Shown piece by piece: positions 28,201 to 36,376 of a stretch of DNA of 64,000 bases. Position numbers and translations under genes: made by a program. The notes beneath the pieces are model-generated. The model was not told where the DNA came from and ran no database searches. It worked only from the letters and a program-made list of their open reading frames with translations. This DNA is from Caldisericia bacterium (lineage in GTDB: Bacteria > Caldisericota > Caldisericia > UBA6126): NCBI GenBank assembly GCA_035363255.1, contig DAOSES010000005.1, forward strand, positions 5,436 to 69,435. Direction: 5' to 3'. Position 1 is the first letter of the stretch. Every line of letters starts with the position of its first letter.

Positions 28201-29845
28201 GGCTATGATCAAATCTTCTCCTATTGAGATTGTGCAACACTCCTTGATCCGAGATTTGGTGATCAAACCTCAGCCTGCGATGATATCCAAGGGGGCTGAA
28301 TATACGATTACCTTCAACACAGGACCATATGGAGCGCTAACTCAACAGGATTTTATCACTTTAAGCATGCCGGATTTAATGATGCCTCTCAACCTACCTC
28401 CTTCTTCGGTAGCTATCAACAATATACGAATTCAGCAAGCTATTGCTGTCCAAAACAATACGATTCAACTCCCTGTTCCAGCTTTTATCCCTGCGAGTGA
28501 AAAAATCACCGTTGTAATTTATCGTCAAGCAGGCATCATCAATCCTGCCAAATCCGCCAATGATTATCGCATTATGGCTCATACCAGCAAAGAGCCCTAT
28601 CCAGTGTCTTCCGCCCCATTCACTATCGAGCCTCAACTTGAAATCACCCACATGATCAACCCTCCAAATCCAGATGGAGCCAACAATTGGTATATCAACG
28701 AACCTATCATTATCTTTACTTCCAATGTTCAAGCTCGTATCTATTATAGAATTGACCAGGGCGCTGAAAGAGAGTATCTTGAGCCTATTCGACTAAGCGA
28801 ACACGGTCAACATACCATCTATTATCGTGGCACCTCTCTTCTGGGTAATGAATCCGAAGTCAAGTCCTTTACTTTCCAATACGATGGCACAGCACCAATC
28901 ATCGAAACCAATATTGGAGAAGATATTTCCTATACTCGAGAACAACGCATGGCTTTTAGTATCCTTATCAAAGACATTTCTCGCGTGACCATCACCCTTA
29001 ACGACCAAGCTATTCAACTCATCAACAATAGTTATTCAACTATTCTTGACCTTAAGACAGGTGAAAACAATTTTGTGATCAGGGCTATGGATGAAGCAGG
29101 TAATGTTTCCACTCTCCATAAAAAAATCATTTTCAAGTCTCAGCCTCCCATGCTCTTGATCACCTCTCCCACTTCCTTCCAAATGATACAGGACATCTAT
29201 TTTGCCACAACCAGCGCTGGTTCAGAGCTATTTGCGAATGTACGAATCAAAGGGTCCACCGAGATAGGAGTAGAAGGTTTGGAACTCATTTCTGACACCT
29301 TCAAGGGCTTCTCATTAACTATTCCTGTGGATTCCCTGGGTAATTTTGATCGAGTCGTGGGTATTCGCAGTATGGCAGGAGACAATGTTTTAACCATCAA
29401 AGCAGTGGATAAGGTGGGAAATGAAACTCGAGTCATGATCAGCTACATTCTGCGTATTACTGTTCGTCTGCGCATTGGAGTTGAAACAGGTTATGTCAAC
29501 GGAACTCCGGTCCAATTAGGCAGTAAACCTTACCTGAAATACAACAAACATACCATGGTTCCCTTCCGTTTGATTGCTGAGTCACTTGGTGCAACGGTAG
29601 GTTGGGAGCAGGCTACGCGAAAAGTTTCTTATGATTTCCGCGGAGTTCATATTGATTTATGGATAGGAAGCAAAACTGCTGAAGTGACCGATCAAAATGG
29701 CAGAAGGAGAACAGTGACCCTCTTAGCTGAGCCTGAGTTACTTAGTGGACGTACCTGGGTACCTTTGCGTTTTGTTTCCGAAGCTCTGGGTGCTAAAGTA
29801 GATTGGGACGCTAAACTTTGGGAAGCAATCGTCTCCTATCCTTAG
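22244..29845 (+). CDS. giant secreted surface protein (2533 aa): ~12 KNP modules, 2 Big_2 domains, C-terminal cassette with 2x Cu_amine_oxidN1
   Basis: RBS GGAGG before ATG 22244. Signal peptide MKLKKWFSLFLSLVLLYSWIPLGRAA. Module ends IINPPTPGTYTV, IKNPTSPRVYHL, IRNPENPGSYRA, IVNPSVPGNYQL, IKNPLYPGTYHI and others. Big_2 pair (LEITPSSMRLPVGKTQIF..., IQLTPSGITTSKGLKTRF...). WYINEP...YDGTAPIIE. C-terminal HTMVPFRLIAESLG and TWVPLRFVSEALG repeats. Confidence 0.85.
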   Translation: MKLKKWFSLFLSLVLLYSWIPLGRAAISNLINTPTPNTAGSNASQRIRFINAVTIPVGGRVEVTFPQQFDLSSGGDWIPADIVLNFQGGPAVTVSDVIRNGQKISFGIGGAASGVGFQEFTLNALRIINPPTPGTYTVSLTTLGITGTQLEGTATSASFEIIQDMSAASVTVEPDIAGANAKMTIQFRLGTGTSRSLYTGDRIRVAFDANVVDLTKVTTVPGTIQRSFLKVNQSAVTTDPTITPGEPGVSRGIVEVIIPQNITSSATQGAAVTITFETGAGILNPNDAPWTRRVEVTTLRSNGITIIEGPVASNFYAIRTTVAAPKVFVRPEIVGMNAEYHLSMKLGANSSLLKNSGRIDVIFPEGTQMPASIPASAIRINTAVAEPAFPCDGPDSPPFEPLVSGHKVSFVMPVDAVANNFICIVFKASSGIKNPTSPRVYHLQISTSSDPSIISSQSYSIRLSGRAQVTPDPAKSSERAQYTIQFQTGVDGALYPFGTAGTNKNIMITYPAGFILPAGIAAGLITVNGVATTEAAVIAAQVITFPVPQVIENNSSVTIIIKKDAGIINRKIAESPEYHSLVIETDKEKGPNKIISDQFMLYSPITEVYVVPGDLGVGVVSRYEVSFKIGDVVEGLKPNDRISIEFPAGTTLPSFISTGNVRLQNDAGVSPSSLIIAGNTIHLTLPATFVPVPPPPGINNVKVIFFQSSGIRNPENPGSYRATVYTSRENTPVLSEFYTIGTVSGQVQVTVDPNKTGYCTTSAEGAHYTVQFTTGQTGGVSSGQRIMLVFSPEYGPIFTVNHPLNLIPAGTILVNGIPTQINTTIDNAPTPQHPLGSKMLSIISPVSISSQSVVKIDLLSSANIDNPPVSITPQPFFLRVFTDSEPSVISGLYYLISTIRGIGAGCHDPLGVELTNQLTRMGTDIKISLRTGIVGALNSGSDRLRVKFPAETHIPSFISGQYIRINTVDNFATSVSVLNPSISDKTVAFEIPYGLTIGNNATVFIYFQQGGGIVNPSVPGNYQLFVSSTKEPTEVASLHYTIEGISISRPTVAPLPTLAGAEKTQYTIKFMTGAYGSLNIGDTINFEFPAGTDIDPTPPRNPLNPRTISAQHVLVNGVPCIIAPTVISATQVMIYSPVVVPSNSRVTILFTKDAKIKNPIAAGDLYTLRMWTMREGSSSNPLVSDAYEISSATKITKPVVTVSPCTPYSPSRYVLEFYTPTAMTANVDAFDIDFPSGTFIPSSMDASKILFSTQDNQNVSCQINPVIAAYRITLTTPINVNANSYVKIDLLRDAGLQNPVAGNYNLQIATVGAIPPNQNESYAYYICPDLDFGRLEITPSSMRLPVGKTQIFVARAYDTQGQLMDYGVTYRWNLSSNIGMLENNHTQTTEFYARNMGSANLSMVAEYGNRSISTSVSVVVTGPMTRIQLTPSGITTSKGLKTRFTVQAFDANNEAAEGVLYQWTVSPELGVITPVPLSDEVEFHADTEGQCVIRVRGTQGGLVQEAEAQVTIKVGVNNLVIMPSQLGSNPQPGEILGPFTVELQNPLNQTIPAFTETPITLSSTTPHGRFSLDGINWTSSNQLHTSIMTNFDKTQPFYLCVLEAGDCTIVASSDDYNSFLMPLSVRGHKKGMVFLSPPQNLRRNVISEKISIQIQDILGQPYAVNKDTMIQLNSSSPQGQFSKTMDPWIPLERFLLSPSQHTLELYYRDSREGTLSITASNPIFGSVSQIFNVASPGAVSAPEVVVKPAVSGLSASYQISFHVGFDGALEASRDFIEVVFPEGTRLPQSIPASMITINSQSLIQTPVINTSLRSIRMIVPSSISSTERVDLVIPSITNPERTGKYTLKVATSVQATYSDSQPYTIDYSTISDLSCEAVPSIAGSIAEQRINFKTGLKGALEAEQDITLIFDFAYELPAVISSAHVLFNGIPLPFDPSVSGKAIVIKAPRSISAETLVNIVFSKECGIKNPLYPGTYHIQGFTSAEQAMIKSSPIEIVQHSLIRDLVIKPQPAMISKGAEYTITFNTGPYGALTQQDFITLSMPDLMMPLNLPPSSVAINNIRIQQAIAVQNNTIQLPVPAFIPASEKITVVIYRQAGIINPAKSANDYRIMAHTSKEPYPVSSAPFTIEPQLEITHMINPPNPDGANNWYINEPIIIFTSNVQARIYYRIDQGAEREYLEPIRLSEHGQHTIYYRGTSLLGNESEVKSFTFQYDGTAPIIETNIGEDISYTREQRMAFSILIKDISRVTITLNDQAIQLINNSYSTILDLKTGENNFVIRAMDEAGNVSTLHKKIIFKSQPPMLLITSPTSFQMIQDIYFATTSAGSELFANVRIKGSTEIGVEGLELISDTFKGFSLTIPVDSLGNFDRVVGIRSMAGDNVLTIKAVDKVGNETRVMISYILRITVRLRIGVETGYVNGTPVQLGSKPYLKYNKHTMVPFRLIAESLGATVGWEQATRKVSYDFRGVHIDLWIGSKTAEVTDQNGRRRTVTLLAEPELLSGRTWVPLRFVSEALGAKVDWDAKLWEAIVSYP

Positions 29846-29877
29846 AGTAAAAAAGCATATCCGCCCAAATTTTACTA

Positions 29878-29912
29878 CCGGGTTACCTTTAAAAGTAACC
29901 CGGTTTTTTTTA
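29878..29912 (+). terminator. rho-independent terminator downstream of the surface-protein operon
   Basis: Perfect 9-bp stem CCGGGTTAC / GTAACCCGG with an 8-nt loop, followed by T9. Located 33 nt after the stop at 29845. Confidence 0.8.
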
Positions 29913-29930
29913 TTATTTTTGAAAATAGTT

Positions 29931-29958
29931 TTGTTTATGCAAGAATAATAAGTATAAT
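29931..29958 (+). promoter_or_regulatory. candidate sigma-70 promoter for the trxA-rimP-nusA-infB operon
   Basis: TTGTTT (29931-29936), 16-nt spacer, TATAAT (29953-29958), in the AT-rich gap upstream of trxA. Alternative TTGACA at 29959-29964. Confidence 0.35.
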
Positions 29959-30085
29959 TTTGACATAAGAGATAAATTGCAAATAAGGGGATATATTAGC
30001 TTATATACGATTATATGAGCTATAGCGAGATATTGTATTTATTGTTGATTTGATTTTTTTTATTTTGTAAGGTTGGAGGTTGACG

Positions 30086-30424
30086 ATGAGCGGTAAATAT
30101 ATCGAGATTACTTCAAAGGAAGATTTTTCTGAAAAAGTATTACAAGCAAACCTACCTGTATTGGTTGATTTCTGGGCACCCTGGTGTGGACCCTGTCGTA
30201 TGGTGGGGCCCATCCTCGAAGAATTAGCCCAAACCTACGAAGGCAAAATTGTCGTTGCCAAAGTAAACACCGACGAAAACAGCGATCTTGCCTACGAATA
30301 CTCCATCATGAGCATTCCCACTATCATGATGTTCAAAAACGGAAAAATGGCCGACAAAATGATCGGAGCCCTACCCAAAGATGAGTTGGTCAAGTTTATT
30401 GACCAACACACCAAAGCTCAATAA
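30086..30424 (+). CDS. trxA: thioredoxin
   Basis: WCGPC active site and thioredoxin fold length. RBS GGAGG 30075-30079. ATG 30086 preferred over the TTG at 30080 used by the ORF track. Confidence 0.9.
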   Translation: MSGKYIEITSKEDFSEKVLQANLPVLVDFWAPWCGPCRMVGPILEELAQTYEGKIVVAKVNTDENSDLAYEYSIMSIPTIMMFKNGKMADKMIGALPKDELVKFIDQHTKAQ

Positions 30425-30443
30425 AGAAAGCGGAACCATTTCC

Positions 30444-30893
30444 GTGAACAGGGAGGCATTGCTCGACGAAGTACGATCATTAGTGATGCGTATGGGATTT
30501 TCACTTCTCGACCTTCGTGAAACCCAACAAAAGGCCGAACGACTGATTCGTTTTGCTATTTTCAAAACTGAAGGAGTCAGCGTTGGCGATTGTGCTCGAG
30601 TCACCCTTGCTGTTCGAGATTTTATTCTCATGCATCATCCCGAAGAAGACCTTCGTGTGGAAGTTTCTTCGCCTGGTGCTGAACGTATTTTCAAGAGTTT
30701 AGACGATTATAAGCTTTTTGTGATGCGTAAAGTACAACTTACCTTAAAAAGCGGGGAAGTTTTACAACTAATGTATAAAGGTCTCGATGAAGCTTCGTCT
30801 CAGCCAGTATTTATCCAAAGCAAAGCTGGAATCGAGACGGAGTTTGTCGTAGCCATGGCAGATATTGCCAAATGTCGCTTAGTGTTGGAATAG
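30444..30893 (+). CDS. rimP: ribosome maturation factor RimP
   Basis: SSPGAER motif and RimP-like N-terminus (LLDEVRSLVMRMGFSLLDL). The start is uncertain; GTG 30444 is proposed. The ORF-track start at 30381 overlaps trxA. Confidence 0.7.
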   Translation: MNREALLDEVRSLVMRMGFSLLDLRETQQKAERLIRFAIFKTEGVSVGDCARVTLAVRDFILMHHPEEDLRVEVSSPGAERIFKSLDDYKLFVMRKVQLTLKSGEVLQLMYKGLDEASSQPVFIQSKAGIETEFVVAMADIAKCRLVLE

Positions 30894-30906
30894 GAGTGTA
30901 AAAAAA

Positions 30907-31938
30907 GTGCGTCCAGAAGAATTGTTTCAGGCAATTGACGAGCTATGCAAATTGAGAGACATAAAGAAAAAAGACTCTCTCTATCAAGCTATTCAGTCTG
31001 GCCTACAATTGGCATTCCGAAAATCCTCCGGTTCTGACAGCGTAGAAGTCTATATAGACGAAAAAAAGAAAGAATTCAAAATCATTGAGCGCAGAAAAGT
31101 AGTTGCGCGAGTTACTTCTATTCATCGCGAGATTTCTCTCAAAGAAGCCCTCAAAATAAATCCATCTCTTTCCATCGGCGACACTCTCGAAACTATCAAA
31201 TCGCCCTCTGATCTCGACCGCATTGCAGCCGATACCTTCAAACAAGTTGTAATGCAAAAGTTGCGCGATGCAGAAATCGACACTATATACGAAGATTTTA
31301 AAGCCAGAGAGCACGAAATGATACTTGGTGAGGTCAGCAAAATAACCTACCGAAACGTTTTTGTCAATTTGGGGCGAATAGAAGGCATTCTTCCCGAAGA
31401 AGAGCAGATCCGAAACGAACGTTATCGAAATGGTGAAAAGCTGCATTGCTATATCTTAAATGTCATGCGAAACCAGCGTGATCCCCATATCCGTTTGTCT
31501 CGAACCCATCCCCACCTGGTAGTCAAGCTTATGAATATTGAGATACCCGAACTCCAACAAAAGCTCATCGAAATCAAAAATGTTGTTCGAGAGCCTGGTG
31601 TTCGCTCCAAGGTTTCTGTCTTTTCAAAAGAAAGTAAAATTGATCCCGTTGGTACCTGTATTGGCACCAAGGGCACTCGTATCAACGCTGTGGGGCAATA
31701 CCTTAATGGCGAAAAAATTGATGTGATACGCTGGAACGAGGATATCAAAATCTATATCGCCCATTCCCTCAGTCCAGCTAAAGTTTTGCCAGAATGCGTC
31801 GAATTGGATTTAGAAAATAAACATGCCAAAGTTTTCGTTGACCAGGAATATTTCTCTTTGGCCATCGGCAAGGATGGGTTGAACGTTAAGCTGGCTGCTC
31901 GTCTGACTGGGTTTAAAATGGATGTGGCTGTCAGATAA
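30907..31938 (+). CDS. nusA: transcription termination/antitermination factor NusA (short form, no C-terminal AR repeats)
   Basis: N-terminal NusA domain, S1, and KH1/KH2 (GPGVRSKVSVFSKES..., IGKDGLNVKLAARLTG). GTG start. Confidence 0.85.
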   Translation: MRPEELFQAIDELCKLRDIKKKDSLYQAIQSGLQLAFRKSSGSDSVEVYIDEKKKEFKIIERRKVVARVTSIHREISLKEALKINPSLSIGDTLETIKSPSDLDRIAADTFKQVVMQKLRDAEIDTIYEDFKAREHEMILGEVSKITYRNVFVNLGRIEGILPEEEQIRNERYRNGEKLHCYILNVMRNQRDPHIRLSRTHPHLVVKLMNIEIPELQQKLIEIKNVVREPGVRSKVSVFSKESKIDPVGTCIGTKGTRINAVGQYLNGEKIDVIRWNEDIKIYIAHSLSPAKVLPECVELDLENKHAKVFVDQEYFSLAIGKDGLNVKLAARLTGFKMDVAVR

Positions 31939-31978
31939 CGAGGCTTATGGGATGGATGTAAAGGGAGGTTAAGGATAT

Positions 31979-34045
31979 ATGAGCGAACAAAAGGTTCGTG
32001 TTTACGAACTAGCCAAAGAATTAAATAAAACTTCACAGGAATTGGTTGAAATCCTGAACGACCTTGGTGTTACCGTTAAAAGTTATCTTTCAACCATAGA
32101 AGAAGATACTGCTGCCCTCGTTAAAGATATTTGTTCAAGCCCAAAAGAGAGCAAAAAAAAGACTTCAACACCCCCTTCAACCCCCGAAACTCCTTCTTCC
32201 AAAACAAGCAGCAGCAAAACCAGTCCTCCCAAAACGCCTTCCAGCAAAGTTGCCTCTCCTGCCAAAGAAACACCTCAAAAAGAAGCTCCTCACAAAGAAC
32301 AACCTCAAGCCAGCCCTCCCAAACCTGCCTCAACTCAAAACCCTGAGCCAAGCAAGACCCCTCTTCCTTCCAATGCCTACAATCTCATCAAACTTTCTCG
32401 AAAATGTCAAACCACGCCCTCAGAAATGGAGATCAAACTCCTTAAATATGGTGTGGTCCTAAGTTCTTCCGATATGCCAGTACCCAATTTTGTTGCTTTA
32501 TCCATTATGGAAATGTATGGGCTTGAGCCAGACAAGGATTTAAGCCCCGATCTGGACGAAAGCCTTTATATTCCCAGGGCTCCGGTTATCACTATCATGG
32601 GCCATGTTGACCACGGCAAAACCACTCTTCTGGATACCATTCGTTCCACCAGAGTGGCTGACAAAGAGCTTGGAGGCATCACTCAGGCTTTGGGTGCCTA
32701 TTCGATTCAGGTGCAAGGCAAAAAAATCGTTTTTATTGATACGCCTGGTCACGAAGCTTTCACAGCTATGCGCGCCAGTGGATCTGAAGTCACTGATATT
32801 GTCATTTTAGTAGTTGCCGCAGATGATGGAGTGAAAGAGCAAACCATCGAAGCCATCAATCATGCTAAAGCTGCTCGGGTGCCTATTATCGTTGCCATCA
32901 ACAAAATAGACCGCGAAGGAGCCAATCCAGATGTGGTGAAAAGCCGACTTTCCGAATTCAATCTCACTCCCGAAGAGTGGGGTGGAGATACTATCATGGT
33001 TCCGATTTCCGCTAAAAATAATACTGGTATAGACGAACTACTTGAGCTCATTTTGTTAAAAGCTGAAATGATGGATCTGCGCACCAACGCCAAAGCCAGT
33101 TTTGCTGGAACCGTTATCGAATCCAGCATTACCAAAGCTTTTGGTGCTGAAGCTGCTATTATTGTTCAAACCGGAACCCTCAGCCTGGGCGATCGCATTA
33201 CCGATGGTATCCAGGAATACAAAATCAGAGCAATGTACGACGACCGCGACAAAAAAATTAAAACTCAAAAAGCTCTCGCTCCTATCAAACTTCAAGGTCT
33301 ATCTGATATTTTGCGTCCTGGGGCGATCCTCAAAATAGCCGACAAAAACCTTTTCAGCGCTTCTTCCCTCCTGCGTCCAGCCGAAGCCACTATTAGCGAA
33401 AACCCCTTCGATTTGGACTCCCTTTTCCAAAATGAAACAGAGCAAAAAATCTATTCAGTAATTGTAAAAGCCGACGGTGAAGGTACCTTGAGCGCTACAG
33501 ATGTAGCTCTTTCCAAAATAAAGGTGGAAGGCGTTGAGCTTCGTGTTATTCATCGTGGTGTCGGAATTATCACCGAAAATGACGTATTGCTTGCCAGTGT
33601 CAGCCAGGGAAGAATCGTGGGTTTCAATGTCACCGCCACTCCTGGTGCTCGTAAAGAAGCTCTCGATCGTAAAGTTGAGCTTTCCAACTATCGCATCATT
33701 TTTGATATGATTGACGATATTAAAAAAGGTATGGAAGGCACGCTGGAGCCCGAAAAGATTGAACAGGTACTGGGTACGGTGGAAGTCAAAGCTACATTCA
33801 AGATTCCCAAAGGTCTTATAGCGGGGTGTATTGTTCGGAGCGGAGTAGTCCAAAAAAATGCGAAGGTTCGCATTGTTCGCAACCGAAACATCCTTCTCGA
33901 AACCACCATATCTTCTCTCAAACGATTCAAAGAAGATGTGCGTGAAGTTAGGGAAGGTTTTGAATGTGGAATCGGTCTCGACAACTTCAATGATATCAAG
34001 ATTGGAGATATCCTCGAGGTATTTCAGATCATCGATAAAAAATGA
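31979..34045 (+). CDS. infB: translation initiation factor IF-2
   Basis: RBS AAGGGAGG. Pro/Ser/Lys-rich N-terminal linker. G domain [24 protein letters not shown]. Confidence 0.95.
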   Translation: MSEQKVRVYELAKELNKTSQELVEILNDLGVTVKSYLSTIEEDTAALVKDICSSPKESKKKTSTPPSTPETPSSKTSSSKTSPPKTPSSKVASPAKETPQKEAPHKEQPQASPPKPASTQNPEPSKTPLPSNAYNLIKLSRKCQTTPSEMEIKLLKYGVVLSSSDMPVPNFVALSIMEMYGLEPDKDLSPDLDESLYIPRAPVITIMGHVDHGKTTLLDTIRSTRVADKELGGITQALGAYSIQVQGKKIVFIDTPGHEAFTAMRASGSEVTDIVILVVAADDGVKEQTIEAINHAKAARVPIIVAINKIDREGANPDVVKSRLSEFNLTPEEWGGDTIMVPISAKNNTGIDELLELILLKAEMMDLRTNAKASFAGTVIESSITKAFGAEAAIIVQTGTLSLGDRITDGIQEYKIRAMYDDRDKKIKTQKALAPIKLQGLSDILRPGAILKIADKNLFSASSLLRPAEATISENPFDLDSLFQNETEQKIYSVIVKADGEGTLSATDVALSKIKVEGVELRVIHRGVGIITENDVLLASVSQGRIVGFNVTATPGARKEALDRKVELSNYRIIFDMIDDIKKGMEGTLEPEKIEQVLGTVEVKATFKIPKGLIAGCIVRSGVVQKNAKVRIVRNRNILLETTISSLKRFKEDVREVREGFECGIGLDNFNDIKIGDILEVFQIIDKK

Positions 34046-34323
34046 ACATCGGGCTGTTGAGAGTGTCCTTGTTTATCCCTGGAGCCACCTCTCTCAAGGA
34101 TAAACGGCAGGTGCTACACTCCATGATAACACGTGTAAAAAACAAATTTAATGTTGCTTTAGCTGAAATTGAAGCGCAGGATTTGCATCAACGTTGTGAG
34201 TTGGGTATCGTATCCATCAATACCTCCCGCTCTGAGTTGGAACGAACCCTCGATTATGTACTTTCTTTTATCGAAAGCAACCCCGACTGCCAGCTTATGC
34301 AAGTCGAAACGGAGTTTTTATGA
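34042..34323 (+). CDS. DUF503 family protein (conserved between infB and rbfA)
   Basis: 93 aa. Position and sequence typical of the DUF503/YlxP-like family. Start overlaps the infB stop. Confidence 0.6.
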   Translation: MNIGLLRVSLFIPGATSLKDKRQVLHSMITRVKNKFNVALAEIEAQDLHQRCELGIVSINTSRSELERTLDYVLSFIESNPDCQLMQVETEFL

Positions 34324-34703
34324 ATATACGCAAGATCCGAATTGAACAATCGATTCAGAGCGAGATTTCGCAGATGCTTCTTAAAGAGCTTCGCGATCCC
34401 CGAATTGGTTTTTGCACCATATCTCATGTTCGCCTAAGTCAGGATTTTCGCTATGCTTCGGTTTATGTTAGTTTCATCGGTGGCAAGGATGCAGTTGAGC
34501 AAGGCATGAAGGGTTTGCAATCTGCCTCAAAAACGATACAAGCGATGCTGGCTCATCGGCTCAATCTTAAATTTACTCCTTATATCCGCTTCATATATGA
34601 CGATGCTATCGAAAAAGGAATAGCTCTTATCGAAAAAATCAGGGAAGTAGTCCCTCCCGAGGATAGCGAAGAAGATGAAAACGATTCCAACGCTAAACTT
34701 TGA
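34320..34703 (+). CDS. rbfA: ribosome-binding factor A
   Basis: RbfA-like KH fold sequence (RIEQSIQSEISQMLLKELRDPRIGFCTISHVRLSQDFRYASVYVS). Confidence 0.85.
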   Translation: MNIRKIRIEQSIQSEISQMLLKELRDPRIGFCTISHVRLSQDFRYASVYVSFIGGKDAVEQGMKGLQSASKTIQAMLAHRLNLKFTPYIRFIYDDAIEKGIALIEKIREVVPPEDSEEDENDSNAKL

Positions 34704-35631
34704 CAAGTCTCAGCATTATATCCTTTGCACTCATCGAGAGCCTGATCCTGATGGCGCTGGAGCTCTTCTTGCGCTATGGAATCTCATCACCTCCCTTGGA
34801 ATACGAAGCACTCCTTATTTAGATGCTTGTCCCGTTTATATGAGTTTTCTGCCCGGTTATACCGAGTTAAGATCGCTTCCCCCTGTCACCTCAGAGCAGG
34901 ATTTCACTCTGATAGCTCTCGATTGTGGTCATGAAAGCAGAATATGGCCTCTCGAAATGTTTCATTCAGCAAAAACCTGCTGGAACATTGATCATCATGC
35001 CGATAATCCCCATTTTGGCCATATCAATAGAGTGGACACCACCTCTTCTTCCACCTGTGAGCTTCTTTTCACGATGATGCAGGAAAATGCCATCCCACGA
35101 AATTCCTCCATCAATACCAACCTACTCTCAGGAATGCTTTTTGACACTGGAGGTTTCCGATATCCCAACACCACTGCTCAAACCCTACAGATAGCAACTC
35201 AACTTGTTGCTGAAGGAGCTCCATTGGCAGATATTTCCGAAAGAGTTTTCAGTCGTTGGTCAGAAAAAAGCTATCGCGCGCTTAAACTAGCCTTGGATAA
35301 CTTGGAACGACCCCTCGCCAAGGAATTCCTACTCTCCTGGATACCCTACTCTGCTATTCGCGAAGAAGGGCTTTCCGAAATAGATTTTGAAGGGGTGGTT
35401 CAGGTGCTCCGAGAAGATCTATCTGCCAAAATCATCATACTCATTCGAGAAATGAATCCCAATCAGTTCAAAGCCAGTCTCCGTTCCAAAGATGATTTCA
35501 GTATCAATGATATTGCTCTTCGATTTCAAGGCGGAGGGCATCGTCTTGCAGCAGGATTCAGCATAAAAAATCTCAAGGCAGAAGACCTTCGCACTAAGTT
35601 GCTTCAAGAGGTTCAAAACAAGTTAAGATGA
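34675..35631 (+). CDS. nrnA: DHH-family bifunctional oligoribonuclease / pAp phosphatase NrnA
   Basis: DHH motif (IDHHADN) and DHHA1 GGGH motif (GGGHRLAAGFS). Confidence 0.8.
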   Translation: MKTIPTLNFDKSQHYILCTHREPDPDGAGALLALWNLITSLGIRSTPYLDACPVYMSFLPGYTELRSLPPVTSEQDFTLIALDCGHESRIWPLEMFHSAKTCWNIDHHADNPHFGHINRVDTTSSSTCELLFTMMQENAIPRNSSINTNLLSGMLFDTGGFRYPNTTAQTLQIATQLVAEGAPLADISERVFSRWSEKSYRALKLALDNLERPLAKEFLLSWIPYSAIREEGLSEIDFEGVVQVLREDLSAKIIILIREMNPNQFKASLRSKDDFSINDIALRFQGGGHRLAAGFSIKNLKAEDLRTKLLQEVQNKLR

Positions 35632-36368
35632 ATCCCTCATCCAAGTCAATCCTTCCCACTGTCCCAGGGGGCCTTTTATTAATCAACAAACCTCGGGGTT
35701 GGCGGTCTTTTGATGTGGTAAGGTATTTTCAACAAATGACTTCCATGAAGAAAATCGGCCATTCCGGCACTTTGGACGAAGCGGCTACCGGGCTGATGAT
35801 ACTTGCTTTTGGCAAAGATACAAGCGCCCTTAACACTTTGCTTAATTATTCCAAATCCTACTTGTTTCGTATGACCCTGGGAGCATCCTCTGATACCCTG
35901 GATGCTCATGGCAGTAAATGGACCTGGTCGAAGCTTGATCTAAATGAAATTAGCGAGGAGCTCATTCAATATCACATTCAAACCAAATTCCAGGGAATGA
36001 TAGATCAGGTTCCTCCCATCTATTCCTGCCTCAAAAAAGAAGGAAAACGTTTGCATGAATATGCCCGAAAAGGCGTTGAAATCTCCATAGAACCCAGAAA
36101 AATCACTATTCATTCGCTAAGTTTGATATCGCTCATCAAGCAAAGCTATCAACCCCACATGCTTTTCGAAGTATCTTGTTCTTCAGGCACCTACATCCGC
36201 TCACTCTGTCGAGACCTTGGAGCTTGTTTTGGTGCCAGGGCCTATTTGGCAGATTTATGTCGTACTTCCATTGGTCCCTTTCATTTTTCTCAAGCTTGCC
36301 CTCCCCGTTCCATCAAAAGCCTTCAAGATCTCAAAAACAGGCTGATAAGTGCTCAGGATTTGCACTAA
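35628..36368 (+). CDS. truB: tRNA pseudouridine(55) synthase TruB
   Basis: Catalytic motif GHSGTLDEAATG. Conserved operon position. Confidence 0.9.
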   Translation: MNPSSKSILPTVPGGLLLINKPRGWRSFDVVRYFQQMTSMKKIGHSGTLDEAATGLMILAFGKDTSALNTLLNYSKSYLFRMTLGASSDTLDAHGSKWTWSKLDLNEISEELIQYHIQTKFQGMIDQVPPIYSCLKKEGKRLHEYARKGVEISIEPRKITIHSLSLISLIKQSYQPHMLFEVSCSSGTYIRSLCRDLGACFGARAYLADLCRTSIGPFHFSQACPPRSIKSLQDLKNRLISAQDLH

Positions 36369-36376
36369 GTTTTTTT

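Noticed and set aside
30080-30443. TTG start for trxA at 30080, and the rimP start at 30381 overlapping trxA
   Set aside because: ATG 30086 with GGAGG at optimal spacing is the better trxA start. A RimP-like N-terminus begins near GTG 30444, after the trxA stop.
36176-36376. Long N-terminal extension of ribF in the ORF track, overlapping truB by ~190 nt
   Set aside because: The nucleotidyltransferase fold begins at Met 36377 (MKILTDLASFARFY...). The extension reads through the truB 3' end in another frame.
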